Shown here piece after piece: positions 1 through 9,322 of a stretch of 64,000 bases of DNA (the stretch's first letter is position 1; the number at the start of each line of letters is the position of its first letter). The stretch is taken from assembly GCA_041178425.1 (NCBI GenBank), contig JBEGVH010000016.1, positions 160,802 to 224,801 of the forward strand, in the 5' to 3' direction. Below the pieces are notes generated by a model. That model was not told the origin of the DNA. It saw nothing but the letters and a program-made list of their open reading frames with translations, and did no database searches. The position numbers were made by a program, and so were the translations under genes. The stretch is from Pseudomonadota bacterium (lineage in GTDB: Bacteria > Bdellovibrionota > Bdellovibrionia > Bdellovibrionales > Bdellovibrionaceae).

Positions 1-729
1 GGGCTCCGTCTCGATGACAAAATCAGTGGCCTTCATATTTTGAACACTATTAACAAGTTCTCTGACTTTATTTTGATCCAAACTCCATTTTGGCTTCAAA
101 ACAGAAATCCAACGCCCCTCGTTCAAAACCAATCTAACTTCATCGTCACCCTTTTTGAGGCTAAACCCCTTCAATGCCGTTAGGGGCTGCCTTAAGATTC
201 TTTTGTCTCGAAGGTCTTTCATATTTCTTTCAGTCAGGGAGCTCCAAACTGGAGCTCCCACATACACAACTTTATCGTTGCTCTTACGAATAAAAGTGTT
301 CCCCTCAAAGTTTTTTCGAGCAGAGACCTCAATAGTTATCTCTCGGCCTGAGGTGAGAAAAATCTTAATGGATGATCGCGGCGAATCTAGCCCGTAAGTA
401 GCCCAATCAATTTCCTCACCCGCGCCAATTTTTTCTAACGACTTTTCGGTTGTCAGTGCTTGTAACCAACCATTGATTTCATCCTCTGCCGCAAGATCAA
501 CAACTGGCTGTTTCAGCTCCCAATCGCCCTTCTCGCGGGAGAGCTGAAGATCGCCTGAGGTATTTTTTAACTCAATTTTTTGAATTTCGTTTTTAGGAAC
601 TGGTAGGAGAATGGCTGCTTGCTCCTCTGAACTTTTACTTTCTTCACCCCTGTAGTAGTCAAAGTAATAAACTCCAATGACAAGCAGGAATACGAACAAG
701 TAAAAGTAATTAGCCCCCTTCTTTTTCAT
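1..729 (-). CDS. DUF4340-type protein (N-terminal membrane anchor), partial; runs off the window start
   Basis: Not in the ORF track. ATG at 729-727 overlaps the TGA of the upstream gene (ATGA). It translates MKKKGANYFYLFVFLLVIGVYYFDY...IQKIELKNTSGDLQLSREKGDWELKQP...ATYGLDSPR, typical of the DUF4340 gene that follows GldG-like genes. Confidence 0.75.
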   Translation of the reverse strand, partial: MKKKGANYFYLFVFLLVIGVYYFDYYRGEESKSSEEQAAILLPVPKNEIQKIELKNTSGDLQLSREKGDWELKQPVVDLAAEDEINGWLQALTTEKSLEKIGAGEEIDWATYGLDSPRSSIKIFLTSGREITIEVSARKNFEGNTFIRKSNDKVVYVGAPVWSSLTERNMKDLRDKRILRQPLTALKGFSLKKGDDEVRLVLNEGRWISVLKPKWSLDQNKVRELVNSVQNMKATDFVIETEP

Positions 730-2255
730 GCATTTCTCCTACGATACCAGAGAGCACCACTCGAAATAAGCATTATCAAAGGAAGAGGAATGACAAATGC
801 AAATAAAAACATATAAAACTTGTTTTCTGTTAACGTTAACTCAGTAGCCGATATTTCTTTAGGACTGATGCTCACCATATTTTCTTCTTTTGCCAGAGTA
901 AAAATCGAGTTTAGCAATAAGTCTCTATTAAGATTTTTTTTCAGCAATTGATTAGTTAAAAAATCAGAATCTCCAGCGACGACCAATTGAAATTCGTTTG
1001 AACTGTTTGGCCATTTCCCCTTCACCGATGCAACCAAGGTAAACGGCCCTTTTGACCCCTCACCTTCGAATTTATTATCTTTGAACCCATAGGCATTATC
1101 ATCGGTCTTTACGAGTTCATCAAAGCTCGCGCCCTCTGGGAGCATTCCCTTACCCAAAGATTGAGGCATTCTGAAGAGGACGAATTCATTTCGACCAAAT
1201 ACTTTCGTAATATTATTAGTCGACGAGAACTCTGCCCCTGCCGTGGCTGACGGATCTGACACCTGGCCATAGGCTGTTTGAATCACAGTAATGATGTAAT
1301 CATTTTTCAGTTGAATACCAGCCCTATCTAACAGGCCTGTTAAACCGTGGGCCGCGGCGGGATCCACAGCCACAAATAAGCCACCACCCTTTTGTAGATA
1401 TTTTTCAAGGGCCTGAATTTCGAGGACAATGAATTCCTGCTTGGGCCCAATAATCAGAACACTATCAGCGTCTGGAGGAACTGCACCCACTTTTGCCAAG
1501 GGAAGCTCCTTCAATACGTATCGATTTCCCTCTAAAAGGCTCCTCAACCCCGATAAACCTTCTGGATCCTTAACACTTTCTAGAGTTCCTTCGCCATGTC
1601 CAGTAACCAGATACACGACCTTGTCTTTCTCTCGGGTTGCTTTAGCTATAGCTCCAGTGATCTCTTGCTCCTCGATTTTTTCAATACGATTGCGCCTACC
1701 TTTATATTCAACAAATACGACACCGCTCCCTTTGTTCACACCATATTGTTCTGCGAGGTCAGGCCGTTTATTCACTTCGACGAAGTCTAAGCTTACCCTC
1801 GGCGATTCATCTTGGTATTTCTTGACCAGGAGTTGAAATGCTTTTCTGCTCTGCTGTGCCTCTTCAGCTCCCTCTTTGTAAAAGAACGTAATCTTTAAAT
1901 CAGAATCTAAAGCTTTCAATAGTCGAATGGATTGATCCGAGAGCGTATTTTGTTTGGCGATGGAAAAATCGAAGGTTTTATAGTGGCGCATGGAAACAAA
2001 ATTAATAGCCGAAAGCATGATGACAACCGAAAGAATCATCGCTCCCATATTCATACCATGCTTTGTGGTTTTCATCGAAAAGAACTCCACATACATTTTT
2101 CTATCGGCCCAAAAGGCTCCAAGCAAACATATAAGAAAGGCTCCGAAGGGAATCCAAAGAGCGGGGTGAAATCCATTCAAAAGAAATCGGGTTACTACGA
2201 AGGCTACTAAGCTGAGACCTGAAATAAGAAATAATATTTTCGCTAGTCGACTCAT
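726..2255 (-). CDS. GldG-like ABC transporter auxiliary component
   Basis: N-terminal TM helices, 'FDFSIAKQNTLSDQS', thioredoxin-like segment, 'VYLVTGHGE', 'LVVAGDSDFLTN...NRDLLLNSI', C-terminal TM followed by RRR. Confidence 0.85.
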   Translation of the reverse strand: MSRLAKILFLISGLSLVAFVVTRFLLNGFHPALWIPFGAFLICLLGAFWADRKMYVEFFSMKTTKHGMNMGAMILSVVIMLSAINFVSMRHYKTFDFSIAKQNTLSDQSIRLLKALDSDLKITFFYKEGAEEAQQSRKAFQLLVKKYQDESPRVSLDFVEVNKRPDLAEQYGVNKGSGVVFVEYKGRRNRIEKIEEQEITGAIAKATREKDKVVYLVTGHGEGTLESVKDPEGLSGLRSLLEGNRYVLKELPLAKVGAVPPDADSVLIIGPKQEFIVLEIQALEKYLQKGGGLFVAVDPAAAHGLTGLLDRAGIQLKNDYIITVIQTAYGQVSDPSATAGAEFSSTNNITKVFGRNEFVLFRMPQSLGKGMLPEGASFDELVKTDDNAYGFKDNKFEGEGSKGPFTLVASVKGKWPNSSNEFQLVVAGDSDFLTNQLLKKNLNRDLLLNSIFTLAKEENMVSISPKEISATELTLTENKFYMFLFAFVIPLPLIMLISSGALWYRRRNA

Positions 2256-2258
2256 AAA

Positions 2259-3032
2259 TTACCTCCAACGATTTGATTCTACGACTCTCTCGGCAAGAAA
2301 GACGAACAGTCCGACGACACTTAAAAGGAATACTATTGCACTCGTACGAACGGTTCCCTCCACAAATGATGAGAGATGTGCATTCAATGAAATGTGTTCA
2401 AAAAATTCTCTGATAGTTTGACTGTCACTCACTTCTGCACCGATCCCTACAAACCAGATTGAAATGTTCATAATCACCGCCATCACGAAAGATCCTAAAG
2501 CGCTTTCTGTGAGGGACGAACAAAATAAATCCATGGCCGCATAGACGGCACCCACCATAAAAAGCCCCATAAAGGCAATCGTTAAAAGAGGCCAAGAGAA
2601 GGTTGCAAAGAAGCCAGTCCATGCACAGTATAGATAGGCCAGAAGAACGATTCCAAAAACAGCACCCAATGAAGCTACATATTTTCCTAAGACAATCTGT
2701 AGACTCGTCACAGGGCTTGTTAACAAAAGATCAAATGTATGCATTTTCTTTTCTTCTGAAAGTAAGCGCATAGAAAGAGCTGGAACAATCAGAATTAGCA
2801 TCAAATTCAGATAAGACAATTGTCGTAAGAATAATCCGTAATGGATATTAAGCTGCTGCTGAGGAACACCAGGCTGAAACATCATGTTTTTCGCCATTTC
2901 TGAAAACTGGGCCAATTGAATTGGAAACACCCAACTCAATACTAGGGTACACAAAAACGCGACCATGTAAAAAACTGGGCTGCCAAAGAAGGCCTTCAAA
3001 TCTTTTAATAATATTGTTAAAAATCCTCTCAT
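2259..3032 (-). CDS. ABC-2 type permease, GldF-like
   Basis: Multi-TM protein with 'PALSMRLLSEEKKMHTFDLLLTSPVTSLQIVLGKY'. Confidence 0.9.
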   Translation of the reverse strand: MRGFLTILLKDLKAFFGSPVFYMVAFLCTLVLSWVFPIQLAQFSEMAKNMMFQPGVPQQQLNIHYGLFLRQLSYLNLMLILIVPALSMRLLSEEKKMHTFDLLLTSPVTSLQIVLGKYVASLGAVFGIVLLAYLYCAWTGFFATFSWPLLTIAFMGLFMVGAVYAAMDLFCSSLTESALGSFVMAVIMNISIWFVGIGAEVSDSQTIREFFEHISLNAHLSSFVEGTVRTSAIVFLLSVVGLFVFLAERVVESNRWR

Positions 3033-3042
3033 CTCTTGCTCC

Positions 3043-3972
3043 CTATTGATCTACTGAACCGTAAGTTAGTTTGATGAAAACATCTTCAAGTTGGGCCTGT
3101 GAGTGCATTTCTAATAATCCTGCCCCAGCACGTACTACTTCACTCGATAAATTTTCGATTACTTCATCTTGCCCATTGAATTCCGCAATAACAGTGTTAG
3201 GAGTCGCCCCCTTCACCACATTGATGACTCCGGAGAGTGCTAGTAATCTTCCGATGAGTTCATCCGAATTACGACGAATTCTAAAGGTTACTTGGCGAGC
3301 CCCTTTTGCCATTGCTCCAATGTTGCTTAAACTTTCCTGGGCAACGATTTTTCCTTGGTTAATGATTATAATTCTCTCGCAAGTCGCTTCGACCTCAGGC
3401 AGAATATGGGTTGATAGGATGATTGTATGTTGACCTCGCAACTCTTTGATAAGATCGCGAATTTCTGCAACTTGTTTCGGATCAAGTCCTACTGTTGGTT
3501 CATCCAGAATGAGAACATCAGGATCACTCACCAGTGCTTGCGCAATTCCAACCCTTTGCCTGAAACCTTTAGATAAATTCTGGATTAATCGATTTTGCAC
3601 CTGACCCAAGTTCGTCTTTTCTATCGATTGTTGCACCAATTTCGAGATACGTGACTTTTCAACGCCTTTGAGATTAGCCACAAACTCGAGATATTCTTTT
3701 ACAAACATTTCGCCATAGACAGGGGGGTTTTCTGGAAGATAACCAATTCGACGCTTCACTTCCAGCGGCTCTTCGAAAACATCAAATCCAGCAACTAAGG
3801 CCTGCCCTCCGGAGGGAGCCATAAACCCCGTGATAATTTTCATGGTGGTCGATTTACCAGCTCCATTGGGCCCCAAAAAGCCAACGACTTCCCCTTTATT
3901 GACTGAAAAATTCAACGAATCAATCGCTCTTCGCGATCCATAATCTTTCGTTAGATTACGTACCTCAATCAT
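3043..3972 (-). CDS. ABC transporter ATP-binding protein, GldA-like
   Basis: Walker A GPNGAGKST, signature LSKGFRQR, Walker B ILDEP, H-loop STH. Confidence 0.95.
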   Translation of the reverse strand: MIEVRNLTKDYGSRRAIDSLNFSVNKGEVVGFLGPNGAGKSTTMKIITGFMAPSGGQALVAGFDVFEEPLEVKRRIGYLPENPPVYGEMFVKEYLEFVANLKGVEKSRISKLVQQSIEKTNLGQVQNRLIQNLSKGFRQRVGIAQALVSDPDVLILDEPTVGLDPKQVAEIRDLIKELRGQHTIILSTHILPEVEATCERIIIINQGKIVAQESLSNIGAMAKGARQVTFRIRRNSDELIGRLLALSGVINVVKGATPNTVIAEFNGQDEVIENLSSEVVRAGAGLLEMHSQAQLEDVFIKLTYGSVDQ

Positions 3973-4119
3973 AATTGAACCTCACCTTAAGCTAAATAAA
4001 CCTGATAGAGAGTTTGTGCCGACTTTGTACCACAGTCAAGAGTCTAGGCACGCTCCTACTTTCTCAATTTGACTCAAAAATTCGCAATGAATTCAAACGA
4101 AAATGGACTTCTGGCGATC

Positions 4120-4146
4120 TAAATTTTTTGCCCACCGAACCGATGA
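4120..4146 (+). promoter_or_regulatory. sigma28 (FliA)-type promoter candidate
   Basis: TAAA(4120-4123)-N15-ACCGATGA(4139-4146) against consensus TAAA-N15-GCCGATAA, 9 nt before the ATG at 4156. Confidence 0.55.
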
Positions 4147-4155
4147 ATTGGGGGT

Positions 4156-4431
4156 ATGAAATCTGATCAATTATTAGAAATATTTTATAGACACCTTAAA
4201 AAAACAAACTCAAATCCCGGCAACACCGAGGACTTTGTTCACAATGTGGTAGCAGACTACATGTTCTACTTAATGAACATTGGTCACATTCCGAACAAAG
4301 TTTGCGATGCCTTGGAGAATGACCTTAAAGAGGAAGTCCTCGAGCTCTACACCAGGCTTCAGGCTGGACCTATCAAAAAAGTTCAACAAACTATCAATAT
4401 GGCACCTTCAAAGGTCAGACGTCTTAATTAG
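4156..4431 (+). CDS. small hypothetical protein
   Basis: 91-aa ORF filling the gap, with a sigma28-like promoter upstream. Its 3' end overlaps the convergent gene by 24 nt. Confidence 0.7.
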   Translation: MKSDQLLEIFYRHLKKTNSNPGNTEDFVHNVVADYMFYLMNIGHIPNKVCDALENDLKEEVLELYTRLQAGPIKKVQQTINMAPSKVRRLN

Positions 4432-5298
4432 AAGACTCGAATACATCGGACCGAAACCCGCTCGGTCCGGCAAGTATATCAACCCATGGTCGGTCACTTC
4501 AAAATTCGGGCCTCGATTTCTAATATCAGCGACCTTAGCCTCTTTTTTCTTTTTTAAGAATTTCTCGATAACTCCATCATTCTCCAAACGTGATATAGAG
4601 CAGGTTGAGTACATTAATCGCCCCCCGGGTTTCAACGCAAGCCACGCCGAACACAACAAGGAATATTGCTTCTGAGCTAGTCCTTTCGTTCGACTCTCTT
4701 TCCATTGGGAAAGCTCTTTTTCGTTTTCAATTAAATGCCTCTCCCCAGAGCAAGGTGCATCGAGCAAAATGGCATCAAAATAGCTCTGAATTTCCAAGCC
4801 CAAGCGGGTTCCATCTTTTCCCTTTACCCATATTTGATCTCGAATGTTTCTTGGAATGTATTGCTGAACAACTTTTTTTAGGCGTTCTCGACGATCCATA
4901 CTCAGCTCATTAAGAACTAATTCACTGGTCGCCGATGGCTTATTAAATAGCGCTTGCGCCAAGACCAAACTCTTTCCACCAGGGGCAGCGCAAAGATCAA
5001 GAACTTTCTCACCAGGAACAACTGATAAATTATCCGCCACCAAAACGCTTGCTGGATCAAGCACGTAGTAGGCCAAAAGATCATTGTCCGCTCTGGGTAT
5101 AATTTCAGAGGTTACATGCCATTCGCAGTTTTTGATCCAAGACAAATGGGAACTTGCCCCACCGACTATATCCATTGCCAAGGAATTCCAGAGTCGAACT
5201 TGTTTTTCAGACTGCAAAAGAGCCATTTTCAACGCTTCCCAGCGTTCTCCATAAAGGGCACCATAGTATCGATTAAATTCCTGTTGAATTACTCTCAT
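4408..5298 (-). CDS. RsmB/NOP (Fmu/NSUN) family RNA m5C methyltransferase
   Basis: Motifs VLDLCAAPGGKS, ILLDAPCSG and YSTCS. Confidence 0.9.
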   Translation of the reverse strand: MRVIQQEFNRYYGALYGERWEALKMALLQSEKQVRLWNSLAMDIVGGASSHLSWIKNCEWHVTSEIIPRADNDLLAYYVLDPASVLVADNLSVVPGEKVLDLCAAPGGKSLVLAQALFNKPSATSELVLNELSMDRRERLKKVVQQYIPRNIRDQIWVKGKDGTRLGLEIQSYFDAILLDAPCSGERHLIENEKELSQWKESRTKGLAQKQYSLLCSAWLALKPGGRLMYSTCSISRLENDGVIEKFLKKKKEAKVADIRNRGPNFEVTDHGLIYLPDRAGFGPMYSSLLIKTSDL

Positions 5299-5336
5299 CA
5301 AGCACCTATTTTTTTACTTTTGAGAAAGGAACTTCC

Positions 5337-7976
5337 ATGTCACAAGAACCAGTTAGACAGTATCTCAAAGATTACCGAGCTCCGGCCTTTGTCATATTAG
5401 AAACCCATCTCACGTTCGAAATACAAGAAAAAAAGACAATTGTAACTAACCAAATGAGACTGGAGAGAAAAGCGCCCGGCACATTAACGCTCACCGGACC
5501 CGCTTCTGGTTGTCAGAGCCTCACACTTCACTCTAACGGTTCAACTTTGATTTGCAGAGAGGGGTCTGATTATTCTCTTAATGGAGAGACTCTGACTCTC
5601 AATACCTCATTAGACCGCTTTGAAATCGAAGTGGTTACTCACCTTGTCCCTAGCGAAAATACTGCTCTCATGGGGCTTTATCAAACTGGAACTGGCCTTT
5701 GCACTCAGTGCGAGCCCGAAGGCTTCAGAAACATCACTTTCTTTCTCGACCGGCCAGACGTTATGGCTCGTTATTCGACTACGATCATTGCTGACAAAAA
5801 CAAATACCCAATCCTCTTATCAAACGGCAACCGTATTTCGAAAAAAGATCTGACGGATGGCAGACATCAGGTAGAATGGCAGGATCCATTTCCTAAACCT
5901 AGCTATCTATTCGCAATCGTTGCAGGCGACTATGGTGTCATCAAAGATTCCTTCATTACGAAAAGCGGAAAAAAGGTAGAACTAGAGATTTACTGCGAAC
6001 ACGGAAATGAATTCCAGTGCCATCATGCACTCGCGGCGTTAAAGCGCTCTATGAAATGGGATGAAGAAGCCTATGGGAGAGAGTACGATCTCGACCAGTA
6101 TCTCATTTTAGCGGTCGATGATTTTAATGGTGGAGCTATGGAAAACAAGGGTCTTAATATTTTTAATAGTCGCCTTGTTTTTGCCGATACTACAACGGCT
6201 ACTGATGAAGACTTCGAACGGGTTGAAGCGGTCATTGCCCATGAGTATTTTCACAATTGGACCGGAAACAGAATTACGCTTCGCGATTGGTTTCAATTGA
6301 GCCTCAAAGAGGGTCTCACCGTTTTTCGAGAACAACACTATATGAGCGACATGGCCTCTGAAGCTCTCAAACGCATTGATGATGTAGAACTACTCCGTAA
6401 CAGACAGTATCCCGAAGACGCCGGGCCCAATGCCCATCCTGTTCGCCCCGAATCTGCTCTCGCAGTGGATAACTTCTATACGCTCACGGTGTACGAAAAA
6501 GGAGCGGAAGTTATTCGAGTTCTCAAGCAACTTCTAGGCGATGACCTTTTTAAAAAGGGAATGAATTATTATTTTGATAAACACGATGGCCAGTCTATCA
6601 CTATCGAAGATTTTTTAAACTGCTTCGAACACGTTTCTAAAAAGGACCTCGACGCTTTTAGCCGATGGTACTCTCAGGCGGGAACTCCCAAAGTCAGTGT
6701 CACTGAACAGTATGACGAAAACTCAAAAACGTACTCTCTTGAATTCAATCAATCTTGCTCACCTTCTCCTGGCCAGGATTCCAAACTGCCATTTGTCATT
6801 CCAGTAAAATTAAGCCTCTTTTCACCAACTACAAAAAGAGCGATCAAACTGACACCAGATCAAACTGAAATTGTTTTGGAATTAACCAATCCTACGTTAA
6901 GTTGGTCGCTGAAAAATTGCGAAGAACGCCCTATTGCTTCCCTACTCCGTGGCATGACTGCACCAGTCAATCTTGAATGGAACCCTTCTATTGAAAACCT
7001 CGAGTTTCTAGCAACTCATGATAACGATGGTTTCAACCAATGGGAGAGTGTTCAAAAACTAGCTTTAAGAGAACTCACCAATATCTACCACCAAGTCTCC
7101 CAGGATAAACAAGTTAGTATTACCAATAATTATGTTACGCTTTTTGAAAAAATATTGCAATCTTCGCTCGAAAAACCAGAACTGACCTCACGATTACTTC
7201 AACTTCCCAGCCAAGATTACTTTTTACAAACTCTTCCTCTCGGATTTAATCCGGAGTCGCTCAGTCTGGCATTTGAACATTTGGAAAAAGAAATTTCTAC
7301 TCAATTGAATCAAAAATTATGGTTGATTGAAGAACAAATCAATAAGTTAGATAATCCTAATGATTACTCTTTTAAGGCCATGGGACTTCGTCAGTTGAGA
7401 AATACCCTTTGGCACCTACTCGGAAACCTTCCAAGCAATACGAGCCGCCTCGGAGATCGATACAACAACGCCAAATCAATGAATGAACAAGCTGGTCTTA
7501 TGGAGGCTCTAAACATTTTGCCTAGCAAAGAACGTTTTGATGCCTTCGAAAAATTTGAAAAAAAATGGCATGACAATTCTCTTGTTATGAACAAATGGCT
7601 CGCATGGCAGGCAAAATTTAATCACCATGATAATCTTTCAAGAGTCAAAGAATTGAGTCAATCCACTCATTTTAAAGCTTCTAACCCAAACAAGGTAAGA
7701 TCTCTTTATGGAGTGTTCGCCACTACTTGTTGGAGGGGATTTCACCGCAACGATGGTAAAGGTTATGAATTTTTTGGAGAAAAAATTCTCGAAGTTGATG
7801 CCCTCAATCCCTCGACGGCAGCCCGCCTCTGCGCAGCCTTTGAGAATTGGTATCGTCTCGAGCCCCTACGCCAGTCATTAGTTCAAAAAGTTTTAGAACG
7901 CCTAGTAGCCCAACCAAAACTTTCGAAGAATAGCTTTGAAATTTTGAAACGATCACTTGATTTTAAGTTACACTAA
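5337..7976 (+). CDS. pepN: aminopeptidase N (M1)
   Basis: TQCEPEGFR, GAMENKGLNIFN, HEYFHNWTGNR...KEG zinc motif, NFYTLTVYEKGAEV. Confidence 0.97.
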   Translation: MSQEPVRQYLKDYRAPAFVILETHLTFEIQEKKTIVTNQMRLERKAPGTLTLTGPASGCQSLTLHSNGSTLICREGSDYSLNGETLTLNTSLDRFEIEVVTHLVPSENTALMGLYQTGTGLCTQCEPEGFRNITFFLDRPDVMARYSTTIIADKNKYPILLSNGNRISKKDLTDGRHQVEWQDPFPKPSYLFAIVAGDYGVIKDSFITKSGKKVELEIYCEHGNEFQCHHALAALKRSMKWDEEAYGREYDLDQYLILAVDDFNGGAMENKGLNIFNSRLVFADTTTATDEDFERVEAVIAHEYFHNWTGNRITLRDWFQLSLKEGLTVFREQHYMSDMASEALKRIDDVELLRNRQYPEDAGPNAHPVRPESALAVDNFYTLTVYEKGAEVIRVLKQLLGDDLFKKGMNYYFDKHDGQSITIEDFLNCFEHVSKKDLDAFSRWYSQAGTPKVSVTEQYDENSKTYSLEFNQSCSPSPGQDSKLPFVIPVKLSLFSPTTKRAIKLTPDQTEIVLELTNPTLSWSLKNCEERPIASLLRGMTAPVNLEWNPSIENLEFLATHDNDGFNQWESVQKLALRELTNIYHQVSQDKQVSITNNYVTLFEKILQSSLEKPELTSRLLQLPSQDYFLQTLPLGFNPESLSLAFEHLEKEISTQLNQKLWLIEEQINKLDNPNDYSFKAMGLRQLRNTLWHLLGNLPSNTSRLGDRYNNAKSMNEQAGLMEALNILPSKERFDAFEKFEKKWHDNSLVMNKWLAWQAKFNHHDNLSRVKELSQSTHFKASNPNKVRSLYGVFATTCWRGFHRNDGKGYEFFGEKILEVDALNPSTAARLCAAFENWYRLEPLRQSLVQKVLERLVAQPKLSKNSFEILKRSLDFKLH

Positions 7977-7978
7977 AC

Positions 7979-8013
7979 AAAAAGGGCTGGTTTTTAAGGC
8001 CAGCCCTTTCTTT
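7979..8013. terminator. bidirectional intrinsic terminator
   Basis: AAAGGGCTGG...CCAGCCCTTT hairpin between convergent pepN and the lipoprotein gene. Confidence 0.8.
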
Positions 8014-8028
8014 AAGATTTTCTACAAA

Positions 8029-9180
8029 CTACTCTTTTGGGCAACCATAGCGAAATCGAACCTTACTGCTAGCGTCAAGATTCCTATCGAAAAGAACCCT
8101 TCGCCCTTCTAAATGGTAACCAGTTCGAGCCGACTCCGGAATAAACGTCACTTGAAAGTCGATCGGGTTCTCGCAATGTAAGCCAAAATATTCTACTTGT
8201 TTCACAATGGCCGCACCGATTTCACCCATTTGCGATCCATAATCAGTGTCACACACATTTCCAATCACGCCACCTGTTAATTTCGAAAGCTGTTCGTAGA
8301 CAGTTCCGTACTGACCCTTTACTAATCCATTCATCTGGGCATTTTGAGCATTCAAACAAGCTGTATCATTTGACCTAACAACGATGGAATGAACAGAAAG
8401 AGACTTACTCGGATATTTATTTGCAACAGAATTGATCAATGTTTGAGGTTGATCTTCTGATGTCAGCGCGTAGCTACTACTCGCGTCGGTTAAGCCCCAA
8501 GAACGTTCGTTTTCATCGGAGATAACAACAATAGCCAGGTGTGATTTATCACGAATAAACTGATCGGCATTGTTATTGACTGCTCGCAGGGCTGCCACGA
8601 TTCCTCTTTCATCTCCCGAAGGACAATTATTATAATACCCTTGCTGATACTCAGCACTTGATTGTCTAACTCCCGCAGCAAAGGAATCCTGAATGAACTT
8701 TTCACATTGTAAAGTTTCTGGTCTCGCCATCGACTCCAAGAACAAATTAGATTTACCTGAAGTATTAGGCTCAAGAAATTTTGTGGAATTAGAAAACGAA
8801 ATCAATCGACCATTTTGAAGTGCACCATTCTGATTAATAGCCCGAGGGGGGTTACTAGCACTCGAAATGTCGGTAGTTGTGATTCCAATCCGATAATCCA
8901 ACATTCGATCATCGAGCTTTTTCAAAAAGGTAGGAAATCTCGAAGATATTTTATTTTGTTCGAAAGACATTGAACCAGAGTTATCATCGACAAAAAGGAT
9001 ATCAACCATTCCACCACTGATAAAGATCGTCTCATCAAAGGAACAAGCTCCTGTATCACTCATACATTTAGTGCTAATTCCTTTTTCAAAGTCGCCCTTT
9101 GAGCAACCGATGAGACCCACGACAGCGCCGCCAACAAGAATAAGATTGATAAAATTTCGGGCTGTAAGGCTTGCAAACAT
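8029..9180 (-). CDS. vWA-domain lipoprotein, Cys-rich
   Basis: GGGAGG RBS upstream of ATG 9180; lipobox 'LIGC'; MIDAS-like 'DILFVDDNSGSM', 'YRIGITTTD', 'LAIVVISDENE'. Confidence 0.75.
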   Translation of the reverse strand: MFASLTARNFINLILVGGAVVGLIGCSKGDFEKGISTKCMSDTGACSFDETIFISGGMVDILFVDDNSGSMSFEQNKISSRFPTFLKKLDDRMLDYRIGITTTDISSASNPPRAINQNGALQNGRLISFSNSTKFLEPNTSGKSNLFLESMARPETLQCEKFIQDSFAAGVRQSSAEYQQGYYNNCPSGDERGIVAALRAVNNNADQFIRDKSHLAIVVISDENERSWGLTDASSSYALTSEDQPQTLINSVANKYPSKSLSVHSIVVRSNDTACLNAQNAQMNGLVKGQYGTVYEQLSKLTGGVIGNVCDTDYGSQMGEIGAAIVKQVEYFGLHCENPIDFQVTFIPESARTGYHLEGRRVLFDRNLDASSKVRFRYGCPKE

Positions 9181-9208
9181 TGTCACGGGTCCTCCCAAAG
9201 GTAGGTAT

Positions 9209-9224
9209 TACAAGGGGCATGCCA
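9209..9224 (-). promoter_or_regulatory. sigma54-like promoter (variant -12)
   Basis: TGGCAT-GCCCC-TTGTA on the minus strand just upstream of the RBS of the vWA lipoprotein. Confidence 0.45.
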
Positions 9225-9322
9225 ACAAAAGCCCTCCTCAAACCCGTATCAAAATGATTTAGTTGCCTATTGAAGTGACAAATTGTTTGACAGATGTAGA
9301 GTGTCCAACGCATTGATGGGGT

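Noticed and set aside
155..397. 80-aa + strand ORF
   Set aside because: It is antisense to the better-supported DUF4340-type gene at 729-1.
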